Notes: generated by a model from the sequence alone, not told the origin. A DNA stretch of 64,000 bases from Thermoanaerobaculia bacterium (GCA_963816185.1 CAWFJJ010000030.1:352001-416000), one strand, 5' to 3'. Shown: positions 1-10,605, counted from the first letter of the stretch. Made by a program: numbers and translations.

Positions 1-45
1 AAAAAACCTCCACGGGGCTGGCAGACTTCCCCCGTGAAGGCTTTT
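1..45 (-). terminator. Intrinsic terminator downstream of puuD-like gene
   Basis: Minus strand reads CCTTCACGGGG-loop-CCCCGTGGAGG followed by TTTTTT. Confidence 0.75.
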
Positions 46-106
46 CGCAGCAAGGAGCAGGCCACGCGCGACGGATCGCGGCGCTTCGCCCGCCAGCCCG
101 GATTCG

Positions 107-866
107 TCAGAATCCCTTGACGGTCGCGGCCTTCTTGTACATCCAGTACGTGAAGGCCCAGCCGAGAAGGACGACGACGGGCAGCGCCCATTCGTAGCTC
201 GCGGCCCACGTCGCGTGCTGGGAGAGCATCAGGAAGATCAGGGGCACCGACATGTACGTGTTGTGCTTGCTCCTGAGGCCCGCCATCGCGACAAGGGCCG
301 GGTCCGGCTTCTCGCCGTTCTTCGTGGCCGTGATGATCTTCTTCTGAGCGGGCCAGATCCGCATCCAGACGTTCGCCGCCATGATCGTCCCGAACATCGC
401 GCCGAGGTGGATCGCGGTGCCGCGGAATCCGAACCCGCCGACGTGCGAGAAGAAGAGAACGGCGGCCGTCGCGACGACGAGGCCGAGCCAGAAGTGGACC
501 TCGGTCTTCGCGATCGCCTTCGCGAGCGGATCGTAGACGGCGAAGAAGAGGAGGGCGACGAGGACGGCGATGCCGCCCGTTCCCCACGTCTTCACCGTCG
601 GGTCTTTGAACACGAGGCCGGTGTTGTAGTAGACGAGGCCGAGAAGCACGAGGCCCGTGATCCACGTCCAGGCCGCGCCCCAGCGGAACGCCCAGAGCGC
701 GCGGGGCATCAGCTCGGGAATGACTTTTTTCTTCGTGTCCGCGTCCATCGTGGGCGCGAAGTTGCGAGTTCACGAAATTGAAGAACCACAGAAGGCCGAT
801 CCACAGAACACCCGCGACGACGTGCCCCCACCGGAACAACGACTCGAAAAGGTTCATGCCGTCCAT
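107..866 (-). CDS. puuD: Urate hydroxylase PuuD-family membrane protein (one apparent frameshift near 763)
   Basis: ATG at 866 with AGGAGG RBS gives MDGMNLFESLFRWGHVVAGVLWIGLLWFFNF; continues in ORF 107..748 with FRWGAAWTWITG, GTIMAANVWMRIWPAQ and RSKHNTYMSVP motifs. Confidence 0.75.
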
Positions 867-895
867 GACGTCCTCCTTTTGTTTGAGACCGGATC

Positions 896-1995
896 TTAGC
901 AACGCCGGGAGATCGTGCGACGCGCTTGACGGAGAAGGAGCGCACCCCAGACGACGAGGGAGAGCCACACGGCGTTCCACGGCGGCGAATCGGGAGCGCC
1001 TGGAGATTGTTCGGCCCGGTCAGGAGAAAAGCGTACGCGACGCGGAGAGATCGAGTAGCCGGCCGACGCATGGACCGCCCCCCAGAGCGCCGGCACGATG
1101 AAGTACGCCTCACCCGAGCCCGGGATCAGGGTCATGAGCGCGACGGCCGAAAGCTCCATCGCCCGCGTGAGGCCGAGCCGGAGCGGGCCGCTCGCGGTAC
1201 GGGCAGCGCCACGAGGACGGCGACGAAGAGGACGGACGTGACGCTTCGCGGCAGGACCGTCGTCAGGCCGTACGGACGCGGAATTCCGGAATAGCGCAGC
1301 ACGTTTCTCAAGATCCCCTCGGCGCCGCCCGAGAGCCAGGGAAGAAGCTGGGCCTCAAAAACGGCGAGCGAGCCCGCCATGAGGAAGGCCGCTCTCTTGA
1401 CGCCGCCCGCCGCGTATACGAGGAGCATCCACACGGAGAAGAGGCAAAGGTGTTTGATGCAGAGGGCGAGCGTCGCGAGCGCCCACACGGACCCGAGCCG
1501 GGGCGCACCCCGCGCGCGAAGCGTCAGGAGAGCCGCGAAGAGGAGCGGAAGGGCGGCGAGGTTGTCGAACTGGCCGTGATGGCCGACGACGAGGATCGCG
1601 ACGGGGCTCAAGGCGTACACGAGCGCCCCCGCGCCTGCGCTCCTCACCCCGGCCTCGCGGGCGAGCAGCCCGACGAGGACCGCGTTCCGACGTCCGCGAG
1701 CGCCAGGAAGCCGCGCACGACGAAGTGGAGCGGCCACCCGGCGGCGGCGGAGAGTCCGCGCAAGAGCGCGAGAATCAGGAACCAGAGCGGCCCGTAGTTG
1801 TAACGGGAGGTTTCGGCGTAGACGTTTCCGCCGCGGGCGGCGATCTCCGAGACGATTCCCCAGCTCGTCTGGTCGTAGTTCCCGTACAGGCCCCAGGCGA
1901 GCCACAGCCGGAGCGCGAGGCCGGCGAGGATTCCCGCCCCGACCAGGACCGCGGGGGGAGGGGCGAGGCCACGGCCCTCCCCCGGCTTCCGTCAC
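896..1995 (-). CDS. GT-C-type (GT87/DUF2029-like) membrane glycosyltransferase, frameshifted
   Basis: Pieces in different frames: [69 protein letters not shown]; GTG overlaps the mrp stop (GTGA). Confidence 0.6.
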
Positions 1996-3064
1996 GCCCC
2001 GACAGCCTTCGCGACTTGCTCGGCGAGCCTGAGAAACGCCTTCGACACGGTCGACTCCGGCTCGGCCACCATGATCGGCGTGCCCGCGTCGCCCCCGGCG
2101 ACGACCCGGGGGTCGATCGGGATCTCGCCGAGGAACGGAACGCTCGAGCGCCTCGGCCGTCCGCCGCCCGCCCCCGTGCTTGAAGATCTCGTCGCGGTGG
2201 CCGCACTTCGGGCACACGTAGTAGCTCATGTTCTCGATGATGCCGAGCACGGGCACGTTCACCTTCTGGAACATCGCCAGCCCCTTGCGCGCGTCGATGA
2301 GCGAGACGTCCTGCGGCGTCGTGACGATGACGGCGCCCGAGAGCTGCGATCTTCTGCGTGAGCGTCAGCTGCGCGTCGCCGGTGCCGGGAGGCAGGTCGA
2401 CGAGCGAGGAAGTCCAGCTTTCCCCAGGCGACGTCCTGCAGAAACTGCTCGACGGCCTTCATGACCATCGGGCCGCGCCAGATCACCGGCTGGTCGACGT
2501 CCATCAGGAAGCCGAGCGACATGACCCTCACGCCGTAGCGCTCGATCGGGACGATCTTGTCCTCCTCGTTCACGAACGGCTTCTCGTGATCCCCATCATC
2601 ATCTGCTGCGACGGGCCGTAGATGTCCGAGTCCATGAGACCGACCTCGTAGCCGAGCTTGCTGAGCGCGAGCGCGAGGTTCGCGGTGACCGTCGATTTGC
2701 CGACGCCGCCCTTGCCCGAGGCGACCGCGACCTTGAACCGGACGTCCTTGAGGATCTCGCCGGCGGGCGGCGCGCGGCCGGGCCTCGCCGGCGCGCTGGG
2801 GCGGCGCGGCCTGCACGTCGAGCTGATCGTGACGGACGTGGACGCCCGGCGAGCGAGCGCAGCTTCTCGGTCGCGTCGCGCTGGATCTCTTCGGCGGCCG
2901 CGCGGCGATTCCGTCATGATCTCGAGACGGAACGAGACGTTGCCGCCGCCGACCTCGAGGTCCTTGACGAAGCCGAACGAGACGATGTCGCGCGAGAAGC
3001 CGGGGTACTTGACCTGCCGGAGCGCGTCGAGGACGGTCTGTTCGTTGAGCGTGGTCGTAGACAA
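1992..3064 (-). CDS. mrp: Mrp/ApbC/NBP35 Fe-S cluster carrier ATPase with N-terminal DUF59-like domain, several frameshifts
   Basis: [53 protein letters not shown] distributed over alternating frames. Confidence 0.85.
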
Positions 3065-3132
3065 TCTTGCTTCCCTCTCGAAGAGACAGGATCTCACAAA
3101 CCTGCTGCGCCTCGGCGCACCGTCGGGGCGCT

Positions 3133-3219
3133 TTTCTTAGAAGGGCGAATGCGGGCACGGCGACCGGAAGCGCTGAGGCGGCACCCAGAGCAACAGCGTC
3201 ACTAACCCCTTCTAAGAAA
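3133..3219. repeat. Inverted-end dispersed element, copy A (intergenic)
   Basis: Perfect 13-bp inverted ends TTTCTTAGAAGGG (3133-3145) and CCCTTCTAAGAAA (3207-3219); same ends recur at 32.8 and 45.7 kb. Confidence 0.75.
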
Positions 3220-3236
3220 TCCTCGGTCCCTTCTTC

Positions 3237-4715
3237 TCAGGGCTTGATGAAGAGCATCCAGGGGACGCCGATCGCGAGGAGCGCCACGAGGTAGATGAGC
3301 CCGAAGATCGCACCGAGCCGCCAGAAGTCCTTCCGCGCCACGAATCCGCTTCCGAAGTAGACCGGAGACGGGCCGGTCGCATACGGGGTCAGGATGCCCA
3401 TGATCCCGAGCGAGTAGCACAGGAGCAGCGCGAAGAGACGCGGGTCGACGCCCGGAACCGCGATCCCCGCGGCCAAAAGGACGGGCAGGACCGCGGTCAC
3501 GTGCGCCGTGATGCTCGCGAACATGTAGTGGATGACGAAGAAGAGCACCGTCAGGAGGACCATGACGGCGAGGGGCGAGAAGCCTGCGAGAGGAGCGGCC
3601 GCCTTCTTCGCGAACCACGTGATGAACCCCACGCGGTTCAGGCCGTCCGCGAGCGCGACGAGGGTCGCGAACCACACGAGGACGTTCCACGCGGACTTGT
3701 TGGCGAGCACGTCGTCCCACGTGACGACGCCCAGGACGACCATGAGCGCGATCGCGGCGAGCGCCACGGTTGTCGCGTCGATGAACTTGCCGCCGAAGAT
3801 CCAGAGGGCGAGCGCGCCGACGGCGAGAAGCCCCATCACGACCTGGTTGCGAGAGACGCGGCCCATCGTCCCGAGCTCGCGCCCGGCCCAGGCCGGGACC
3901 TCCGCGCTTTCCTTCACCTCGGGCGGATAGATCTTCGAAACGAGCCAGGGCACGAGGAGGACGAGGAGAACGCCGACGGGAAGGAAGCCGATGAGCCAGG
4001 CAGACCACGAGATGTCGACGTGCGCCGTCTTCCTCACGATGTCGAGCGCGAGGAGGTTCGGCGCGAGTCCGGTCAGGAAAAGCGAGCTCGTGACGCACGT
4101 CGTCGCGAGCGCCGTCCACATGAGCGGCCCGCCGAGGCGCCGCGACGTCTCGCCGGGCTCCGAGCCGTAGAGCCCCGGAATGTTCCGGATGACCGGGAAG
4201 ATCGTCCCGCCCGAGCGCGCCGTGTTCGAGGGCGTGAACGGCGCGAGCATGACATCGGACAGCGCGACGGCGTAGCTCAGGCCGAGGGAGCGCCGCCCCA
4301 TCTTCTTCACGAGAGAGAGCGCGAGCCGCCGGCCGAGGCCGGACTTCTCGTAGCCGAGCGCGAACATGAACGCTCCGAAGATCAGCCAGACGGTCGAGTT
4401 CGAGAAGCCGGAGAGCGCCCACTTCAGAGAGTCGGCGGGCTTCGCCTCGACGAGGGAGAGCACCGCCGCGAGCGCGACGCCCGTCACGCCCACCGCGGCC
4501 GCCGGGATCGGCTCGAGCACGAGCCCGACCACGACCGCGCAGAAGAGGGCGAAGAAGTACCACGCCGCCGGCTTCAGGCCGGCCGGGACGGGGAGCACGG
4601 CGACGATCGCTCCGAACAGGACGGCCAGAAGGCCCTTCCAGAGCGCCGGGTGCGCGTGAAAGTCGATGTGGAGGAACGAGGGCGGAGCTTTGACGGCTTG
4701 TGCATGCGCTTTCAT
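3237..4715 (-). CDS. DASS-family anion permease (CitT/TtdT-like di/tricarboxylate transporter)
   Basis: Multi-TM; FTPSNTARSGG, LTGLAPNLLA, HYMFASITAH, TPYATGPSPVYFGSG motifs. Confidence 0.9.
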   Translation of the reverse strand: MKAHAQAVKAPPSFLHIDFHAHPALWKGLLAVLFGAIVAVLPVPAGLKPAAWYFFALFCAVVVGLVLEPIPAAAVGVTGVALAAVLSLVEAKPADSLKWALSGFSNSTVWLIFGAFMFALGYEKSGLGRRLALSLVKKMGRRSLGLSYAVALSDVMLAPFTPSNTARSGGTIFPVIRNIPGLYGSEPGETSRRLGGPLMWTALATTCVTSSLFLTGLAPNLLALDIVRKTAHVDISWSAWLIGFLPVGVLLVLLVPWLVSKIYPPEVKESAEVPAWAGRELGTMGRVSRNQVVMGLLAVGALALWIFGGKFIDATTVALAAIALMVVLGVVTWDDVLANKSAWNVLVWFATLVALADGLNRVGFITWFAKKAAAPLAGFSPLAVMVLLTVLFFVIHYMFASITAHVTAVLPVLLAAGIAVPGVDPRLFALLLCYSLGIMGILTPYATGPSPVYFGSGFVARKDFWRLGAIFGLIYLVALLAIGVPWMLFIKP

Positions 4716-4820
4716 CGGAATCTCCCCTTTTCATGTTCGTGCCCGGCGGCCCGCCATGCCTTGATGCAAGTGACTCAATGGCACAAGCTGGGGAGCGGTC
4801 CTCAAAGGGCGTGAATCCCG

Positions 4821-5537
4821 TCAGGCGCGGAGCGCGACGATCTCGCGCCGGACGCTCTCCATCAGGTCCCGGCGCGCATGCACGGAGAGCCCGGCGGTCG
4901 GGATCGGATGCCCTGCGCGCACCCGGACGGGGCCGCGCCGCACGATCATTCCCTGCGCTCCGAGGACGGCACGGGCTCCGGAGACCCCCACAGGCACGAT
5001 CGGCACGCCGGACCTCAGCGCGGTCAGGAAACCGGACTTCTTGAAGGGGCCGAGGCTGCCGTCGCGGGACCGCGTGCCCTCGGGGAAGACCAGGATGGAC
5101 TTGCCCGTCGCGAGGCGGAGGTCGAGCTCCGAAAGGACGTCCCGTGCCTTGTCGGTCCGCCTTCGGTCCACGGGCACGAAGCCGGCCAGCCACATCGACC
5201 AGCCCATGAACGGCACCCAGAAAAGCGACCGTTTCGCGAGAAAGCGCACGTCCTGAGGGATCACGAGGAGCAGGAGAAGAATGTCGATTCCCGATTCATG
5301 GTTCGACATGTAGATCGCCTGAGGCAGCGCCGCCGCCTCCCCCGAGACCTCGATCGTCGCGGGAACCCCGGTCAGGAACAGGATTGCCCGTGCCCAGGCA
5401 CGCGCCCAGAAAAGATAGGTCCGTCCCCGGGGCGGGATCCAGGCCGTCAGGATCGCCAGAGATCCGAACACGGCCGTCGAAAGCGCGATCGCGAGCCAGC
5501 TCCAGAGGGACACGCCGAGGTCTCTGAGGAGCTGCAT
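4821..5537 (-). CDS. plsC: 1-acyl-sn-glycerol-3-phosphate acyltransferase (PlsC family)
   Basis: NHESGID (HX4D) and FPEGTRS motifs; start moved to MQLLRD because the upstream part of the ORF is antisense to mlaE. Confidence 0.85.
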   Translation of the reverse strand: MQLLRDLGVSLWSWLAIALSTAVFGSLAILTAWIPPRGRTYLFWARAWARAILFLTGVPATIEVSGEAAALPQAIYMSNHESGIDILLLLLVIPQDVRFLAKRSLFWVPFMGWSMWLAGFVPVDRRRTDKARDVLSELDLRLATGKSILVFPEGTRSRDGSLGPFKKSGFLTALRSGVPIVPVGVSGARAVLGAQGMIVRRGPVRVRAGHPIPTAGLSVHARRDLMESVRREIVALRA

Positions 5538-5582
5538 GCCGAGAGAGTCTAGCGATCCTGGGCGGGCCCGTAGAATGGGCTC

Positions 5583-6419
5583 GTGGCCCAGTTCGACTCC
5601 ACCACGCAGTACGTCGCGATTCTGAGGCAGCCGCTCTGGAAGATGGCGCGCGTGCGCCGGTGGATCCAGAACGTGTCGTTTCACCTCGGAGGCGTCGCGG
5701 TCATGACGGTCCAGCTCGCCCGCGAGGCCCGGGGCCGTTGGGAGACGTCCGAGATCGTCCGTCAGATGGACGCGCTCGGCGTCCAGTCGATCTCCATCAC
5801 GAACCTGACGGCGCTCTTCACCGGCATGGTCCTCGCTCTCCAGACGTCGTACGCGCTCGCGCAGTTCGGCGGGAAGCTCTTCGTCGGCCGTGTCGTCGTC
5901 CTGTCGATCTGCCGCGAGCTGGGGCCGACGCTCACCGCTCTCATGGTCGCGGCACGCGTCGGCGCGGGAATCACGGCGGAGCTCGGCACGATGTCGGTCA
6001 CCGAGCAGGTGGACGCCATGCGGGCGCTCGGCGCTTCGCCGATCCGGAAGCTCGTTCTGCCGCGCGTGGTGGCCGTGACGCTCATGCTGCCGGTCCTCAC
6101 GCTTCTCGCCGACTTTCTCGGAATGGTGGGCGGCCTGTTCATCGCGGTCGTGGAGGTGAAGATCGGGGCCTCGTTCTACCTCTCGACGGTCCAGCAGTCC
6201 GTACACCTCAACGACGTGATGCACGGTCTCTGCAAGACCCCGTTCTTCGGATTCGAAATCGCGATGATCGGCTGCTACAACGGCTTGAACGCGTCGGGCG
6301 GAGCGGACGGGGTCGGGCGCGCCACGACGATCGCCGTCGTCGTCGCGTCGATCGTGGTCCTCATGTCCGATTTCTTCCTCACGAAGCTCTTCCTCGTGCT
6401 GCCGCTGGGGCTGAAGTGA
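5583..6419 (+). CDS. mlaE: MlaE-family ABC permease
   Basis: RELGPTLTALMVAARVGAGITAELGTM..EQVDAM, GGADGVGRATT. Confidence 0.9.
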   Translation: MAQFDSTTQYVAILRQPLWKMARVRRWIQNVSFHLGGVAVMTVQLAREARGRWETSEIVRQMDALGVQSISITNLTALFTGMVLALQTSYALAQFGGKLFVGRVVVLSICRELGPTLTALMVAARVGAGITAELGTMSVTEQVDAMRALGASPIRKLVLPRVVAVTLMLPVLTLLADFLGMVGGLFIAVVEVKIGASFYLSTVQQSVHLNDVMHGLCKTPFFGFEIAMIGCYNGLNASGGADGVGRATTIAVVVASIVVLMSDFFLTKLFLVLPLGLK

Positions 6420-7243
6420 CGATCAGCGAGACCGCGGTCGCGAGGTTCGCGCAGGCCGACCGGCCCGACGCCGGGCCGATCATCGAATTCAAGCGCGTTC
6501 TCAAGACGTACAGCTCGCACCGCGTTCTCGACGAAGTCGATCTCACCGTCCAGCGCGGAGAGGTCCTCGTGATCCTGGGGGGTTCCGGGACCGGGAAATC
6601 CGTCTCGCTCCGGCACATGAACGGCCTCGAGCAGCCCGATTCGGGAGAGGTCTGGGTGGACGGCGTGGAGATCTCGCGGCTCCCCGAGGAGAAGCTCGTC
6701 GCAGTGCGCAAGAAGGTCGGCATGCTCTTCCAGGGCGGTGCGCTGTTCGACTCGATGACGGTCTTCGAGAACATCGCGTTCGCGCTGCGCGAGCACACGC
6801 GCTGGACGGAGGAGCAGATCACATCCCGCGTCGGGGAGGTGCTGGGGTTCGTGAACCTCGGGCGCGACGTGGAACGGTTTCTTCCGTCCTCGCTCTCGGG
6901 GGGGATGAAAAAGCGCGTCTCGCTCGCCCGCACCATCGCACTCAAACCCGAAATCCTCCTCTACGACGAGCCCACGACCGGGCTCGACCCCGTGACGTCG
7001 ATGACGATCAACCGCCTCATCGTCGACCTGAACGAGCGCCTCGCGACGACGTCCGTCGTCGTGACTCACGACATCGTCTCGACGCTTTTCGTGGCCGACC
7101 GCATCGCGTTCCTGAGAAACGGCCGTTTCGACTTCATCGGGACGCCGGAGGAAGCGCGTGCCTCGGAGATCCCCGACCTGCACGCCTTCCTCGTCGCCGG
7201 GAAATCGCCGGAAACGAGCGCGCCGAAGGGGGGGCCGCCTTGA
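6416..7243 (+). CDS. mlaF: MlaF-family ABC ATPase
   Basis: GGSGTGKS, LSGGMKKRV, LLYDEPTTGLDP; GTGA overlap with mlaE. Confidence 0.9.
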   Translation: MTISETAVARFAQADRPDAGPIIEFKRVLKTYSSHRVLDEVDLTVQRGEVLVILGGSGTGKSVSLRHMNGLEQPDSGEVWVDGVEISRLPEEKLVAVRKKVGMLFQGGALFDSMTVFENIAFALREHTRWTEEQITSRVGEVLGFVNLGRDVERFLPSSLSGGMKKRVSLARTIALKPEILLYDEPTTGLDPVTSMTINRLIVDLNERLATTSVVVTHDIVSTLFVADRIAFLRNGRFDFIGTPEEARASEIPDLHAFLVAGKSPETSAPKGGPP

Positions 7244-8415
7244 GAGCCGACATCAGGACCAAGACACGCGTCGGGGTCATCCTCTTCGCCGCCTTCGTGC
7301 TGCTCGCGGGAGCCATCCTCTTCATCGGAGGCACGAAGGGGTTCTTCGTGAGCCGCACGTCCTACTTCGCCCGCTTCCCGAACACGCAGGGCATCGTGGC
7401 CGGAAACCAGGTGCGCCTCGCGGGTGTGATCGTGGGTGCCGTGCGCGGCATCGAGGTGCCCCGCGTGCCCGGCCAGGACGTCACGATTCACTTCGACATC
7501 GAACGCAAGTACCAGCATCTCGTCAAGACCGACAGCCGCGCCGAGATCAAGACGATCGGGCTCCTCGGCGACAAGTACCTCGACGTGACGCCGGGCTCCG
7601 CCGACAAGCCCGACCTCCAGCCCGACCACGAGATCATCGCGTTCCGCGGGGCCGAGCTCGAGAAGATCCTCGCCGGCTCGGGAGACCTCGTCGACAACGT
7701 GGTCGCGATCTCGAAGTCGCTCAAGAACATCCTGGGCCGCACCGAGAAGGGCGAGGGCTTCCTCGGGGAGATCACCTCGGAGTCGGAGAACGGCGAGGCT
7801 CTCTCGCGCTCTCTTCGCCAGACTCTCGACAGCCTGAACGGCCTGATGGCGGACGTGCGTCACGGCAAGGGCCTCGTCGGGCGACTCCTGAACGACGAGA
7901 AGACGGCCGACACCGTCCTCGGCGAGCTCGGCTCGGCGTCGGCTTCGCTCCACCGGATCCTCGCGAGCGTCGAGAAGGGAACGGAAACGGGCGAGGGCCT
8001 CGTGCCCGCGCTCCTTTCCGACCCCGAGGGGAAGAGGAAGTTCTTCGCCATGGTCGATTCGCTCCAGGTCACCGCAGAAGGTCTCGCGTCCTTCTCGAAA
8101 GACCTCAAGGCGGGGAACGGCCTCCTCGGCCAGCTCGTCTCCGACGGCGAGTTCTCGAAGGAGTTTCTCGCCGACCTCAAGAACCTCTCGTCCCACCTCG
8201 CGAACGTGGCCGCGAAGCTCGACTCCACGCAGGGGACGGCCGGAAAGCTCATCGCGGATCCGGCCGTCGCGAACGCGATCGACGACATCCTCGTGGGGAT
8301 CAACCGGAGCAAGCTGCTGCGCTGGCTCGTCCGCGACCGGCAGAAATCCGGCATTCGGAAGCGGTACGACGAAGCGCAGAAGCACCTCGCGGCTACGCCC
8401 CAGCCAACCCCGTGA
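7240..8415 (+). CDS. mlaD: MlaD/MCE-domain protein with helical extension
   Basis: N-terminal TM, VRLAGVIVGAV, IKTIGLLGDKYLDVTPG, repeated GxGLLG helical units. Confidence 0.88.
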   Translation: MRADIRTKTRVGVILFAAFVLLAGAILFIGGTKGFFVSRTSYFARFPNTQGIVAGNQVRLAGVIVGAVRGIEVPRVPGQDVTIHFDIERKYQHLVKTDSRAEIKTIGLLGDKYLDVTPGSADKPDLQPDHEIIAFRGAELEKILAGSGDLVDNVVAISKSLKNILGRTEKGEGFLGEITSESENGEALSRSLRQTLDSLNGLMADVRHGKGLVGRLLNDEKTADTVLGELGSASASLHRILASVEKGTETGEGLVPALLSDPEGKRKFFAMVDSLQVTAEGLASFSKDLKAGNGLLGQLVSDGEFSKEFLADLKNLSSHLANVAAKLDSTQGTAGKLIADPAVANAIDDILVGINRSKLLRWLVRDRQKSGIRKRYDEAQKHLAATPQPTP

Positions 8416-9437
8416 GCTTGGTTCTCGTCGCCGGAGGAGCCGGACTCCTCGGATCCGCCCTCGTCCGGAGGCTTCTCGGCACCGGCGAGGGGGTCGTCCT
8501 GCTGGACACGTTCGACGATGCCGGAGAGGGCCGCATGAAAAAGGAAGCGCGCATCGCCGGGTTCTCGCGTCACCCGCGCGCAGCCGTCGTGCGGGGCGAC
8601 GCGACCGATCCCGCGTTCCTCACGAGCGTGCTGGCCGAGCACCGGCCCTCGTCGATCGTGAACGCGACGCTCCTTCCGCCGGACGGCCCCGGGTTGGGCC
8701 CGCTCCTCGAGAGCGCCCGCGGCGCAGGGATCGGAATCTTCGTCCATCTTTCGGACGGCAGGCTCTACGGGCCGCGCGACGAGGCGGGGCGGCGCGCAAG
8801 AGAGGACGAAGCGACAGAGCCCGGCGACGACCTCGATCTCGGCGCGAAAGCGGCCGAAGAGGAAGCCCTTCTCGCTTCCGGCATGCCCTTCGTCAACCTC
8901 CGGGTGTTCTCCGCCGTCGGACCGGGCGGCGGGCCGGTGAGGTTCCCCCAAGACGCGCTGGAGGCGCTCTTCGGCGGCGAAAAGGTCGTCCTTCCGGACG
9001 ACGCGCCACGGGATTTCGTGCACACCGAGGACGTCGTCCGAGGAATCCTGTTCGCGATCGCGCGGAGGCCGCTCGGCGAGACCGTGAATCTCGGGTCGGG
9101 ACTCGCCGTCCGTCCCTCTGAAATCGTCCAGGCGCTCGCGCTGCGCGCGGCCCGCGAGGCGCGCATCTCGATCTCCGGAGAATCGCCGCGTCCGCCGCGC
9201 ATCGCGGATCTCGAGAAAGCCTGGCAGACGCTCGGCTACGCCCCGCAGCTCGGGATCGGCGACATCGCCTGGGAGATCGTGCGCGCGCGCCAGTACCCCG
9301 AAGAGGCCGGCCGCGGCGTGCGCCCCGCAGAGACGTCCCGGGCGCCCGCGGAGGCCCTGAGACCCGTCTCACGCCGCGAGCTCTTCGGGTTCTTCCGCAG
9401 GCCGTTCGACGCCGCCACGAAAAGGCGCGACCGCTAG
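8412..9437 (+). CDS. NAD-dependent epimerase/dehydratase-like SDR (catalytic YxxxK apparently altered)
   Basis: LVAGGAGLLGS Rossmann motif, RDFVHTEDVV, VNLGSG; GTGA overlap with mlaD. Confidence 0.75.
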   Translation: MSLVLVAGGAGLLGSALVRRLLGTGEGVVLLDTFDDAGEGRMKKEARIAGFSRHPRAAVVRGDATDPAFLTSVLAEHRPSSIVNATLLPPDGPGLGPLLESARGAGIGIFVHLSDGRLYGPRDEAGRRAREDEATEPGDDLDLGAKAAEEEALLASGMPFVNLRVFSAVGPGGGPVRFPQDALEALFGGEKVVLPDDAPRDFVHTEDVVRGILFAIARRPLGETVNLGSGLAVRPSEIVQALALRAAREARISISGESPRPPRIADLEKAWQTLGYAPQLGIGDIAWEIVRARQYPEEAGRGVRPAETSRAPAEALRPVSRRELFGFFRRPFDAATKRRDR

Positions 9438-9519
9438 CTCGCCCGCGGGCTCCGCCCACGCCGGAGAAAGGCGGGCGAGCGAACGATCATTTCGGGGGAA
9501 CCCCGATCGGGTTCCCCCG
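9437..9519. terminator. Two GC hairpins between convergent genes
   Basis: GCTCGCCCGC..GCGGGCGAGC (9437-9480) and CGGGGGAACCC-CGATC-GGGTTCCCCCG (9493-9519); no strong U-tract. Confidence 0.5.
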
Positions 9520-9577
9520 TTCCCCCTCCTCTGACGCGAAAGACATAGATCTCCTGGACAGCCTCTTAGCTTCCCGA

Positions 9578-10486
9578 TCAGTCGCAGATCCGGAGGTTCG
9601 AGTCGGCGAACTTGCTCGCGACCTCCGGGGCGTGCGCATGTCCCGAGCAGCAGAACCGGGCGACGTCGTCCTTGTGAATGCGGCCTCCTGCCTTCGCGCA
9701 GTAGTCCGCGAAGACGACGATCCCGGTCGCGTTCGGCTTGCTGAAATCGACGTTGCGCCTCCACGAATAGTCCGCAAGCCGGTTCAGGGCCCGGTTCCAC
9801 TCCGCGACGCAGTTCCCGTCGTTCCCCGTGATGGCGTCGAGCGGGCCGGCCTGGCAGGCCATCCCGTGCGGATGGCTCGAGCAACACTGGTCGTGGAGCC
9901 AGCTTCCGCTGTTGATCGAGCAGCTCCCGAAGCTGCAAAGCGCAGCGATGGGAATGCCGAACTGCGCGCCTCCGCAGCCCGCGCCGAGTGCGCCGAAGCA
10001 GAACTCTGTCTTTCGCTTGAAGACAACCGGGACCGTCGGGAGAGTCTGAGGCACGGGCGTCTTCTCGAGGACGAACGGCGTCGGCACGATCACGGTTCCC
10101 CTGCCGCCAGGCACCGCCGGCCCCTGAGGGAGCGGCTGGACCGTGATGGAGCCCGAGCAGGTCGGACCGCCGGCGGCGAGCCGGAGCGTCAGCGCCGCGT
10201 GGGAGCCGCTCGGGACGACCGATGCCTCGGCGCCCCGCCCGAGATGGCTCGCAGTCACGAGGATCGCGCTCGACGGCACCTGGGCGAACGCCGCCTCGCC
10301 GGCCGCATTCGTGAGCGCGGTCCCGATCGCCGCGCGGTTCGAGAGCGATCCGAGGCAGACCCGGGCGCCGGAGACGGGGGCGTTCCCGTCCAGGACCGTC
10401 ACCGCGAGCGCCCCCGCGGCGGCGCGGGCTCCCAGAAGGATGGCCAGACTGGAAGCGGCACCAACCGACACTCGCCTACGCGTCAT
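9578..10486 (-). CDS. Secreted protein: carboxypeptidase-regulatory-like beta domain, Pro linker and Cys-rich C-terminal domain
   Basis: Signal peptide; VTVLDGNAPVSGARV..TNAAGEA; about 12 Cys in the C-terminal domain including WLHDQCC; GGGGAG RBS. Confidence 0.7.
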   Translation of the reverse strand: MTRRRVSVGAASSLAILLGARAAAGALAVTVLDGNAPVSGARVCLGSLSNRAAIGTALTNAAGEAAFAQVPSSAILVTASHLGRGAEASVVPSGSHAALTLRLAAGGPTCSGSITVQPLPQGPAVPGGRGTVIVPTPFVLEKTPVPQTLPTVPVVFKRKTEFCFGALGAGCGGAQFGIPIAALCSFGSCSINSGSWLHDQCCSSHPHGMACQAGPLDAITGNDGNCVAEWNRALNRLADYSWRRNVDFSKPNATGIVVFADYCAKAGGRIHKDDVARFCCSGHAHAPEVASKFADSNLRICD

Positions 10487-10605
10487 GTCTCATCTCCCCA
10501 AGGTAAGCGCATTCCGGCTCCCTCGTGGCTCGCGCCGCGGCGCGCGAGGGTCCGTCGCTGATCCGATCCCTTCTCTCCACCGGCCGCGTGCGCACGCGCT
10601 GACGA

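Noticed and set aside
1132-2274. Apparent Mrp-glycosyltransferase fusion ORF
   Set aside because: Chimera produced by frameshifts; mrp has its own stop at 1992-1994
3133-3219. Inverted-end element as an integron attC site or simple terminator
   Set aside because: Lacks RYYYAAC...GTTRRRY ends and an integrase; the loop is too long for a terminator and one copy is intragenic
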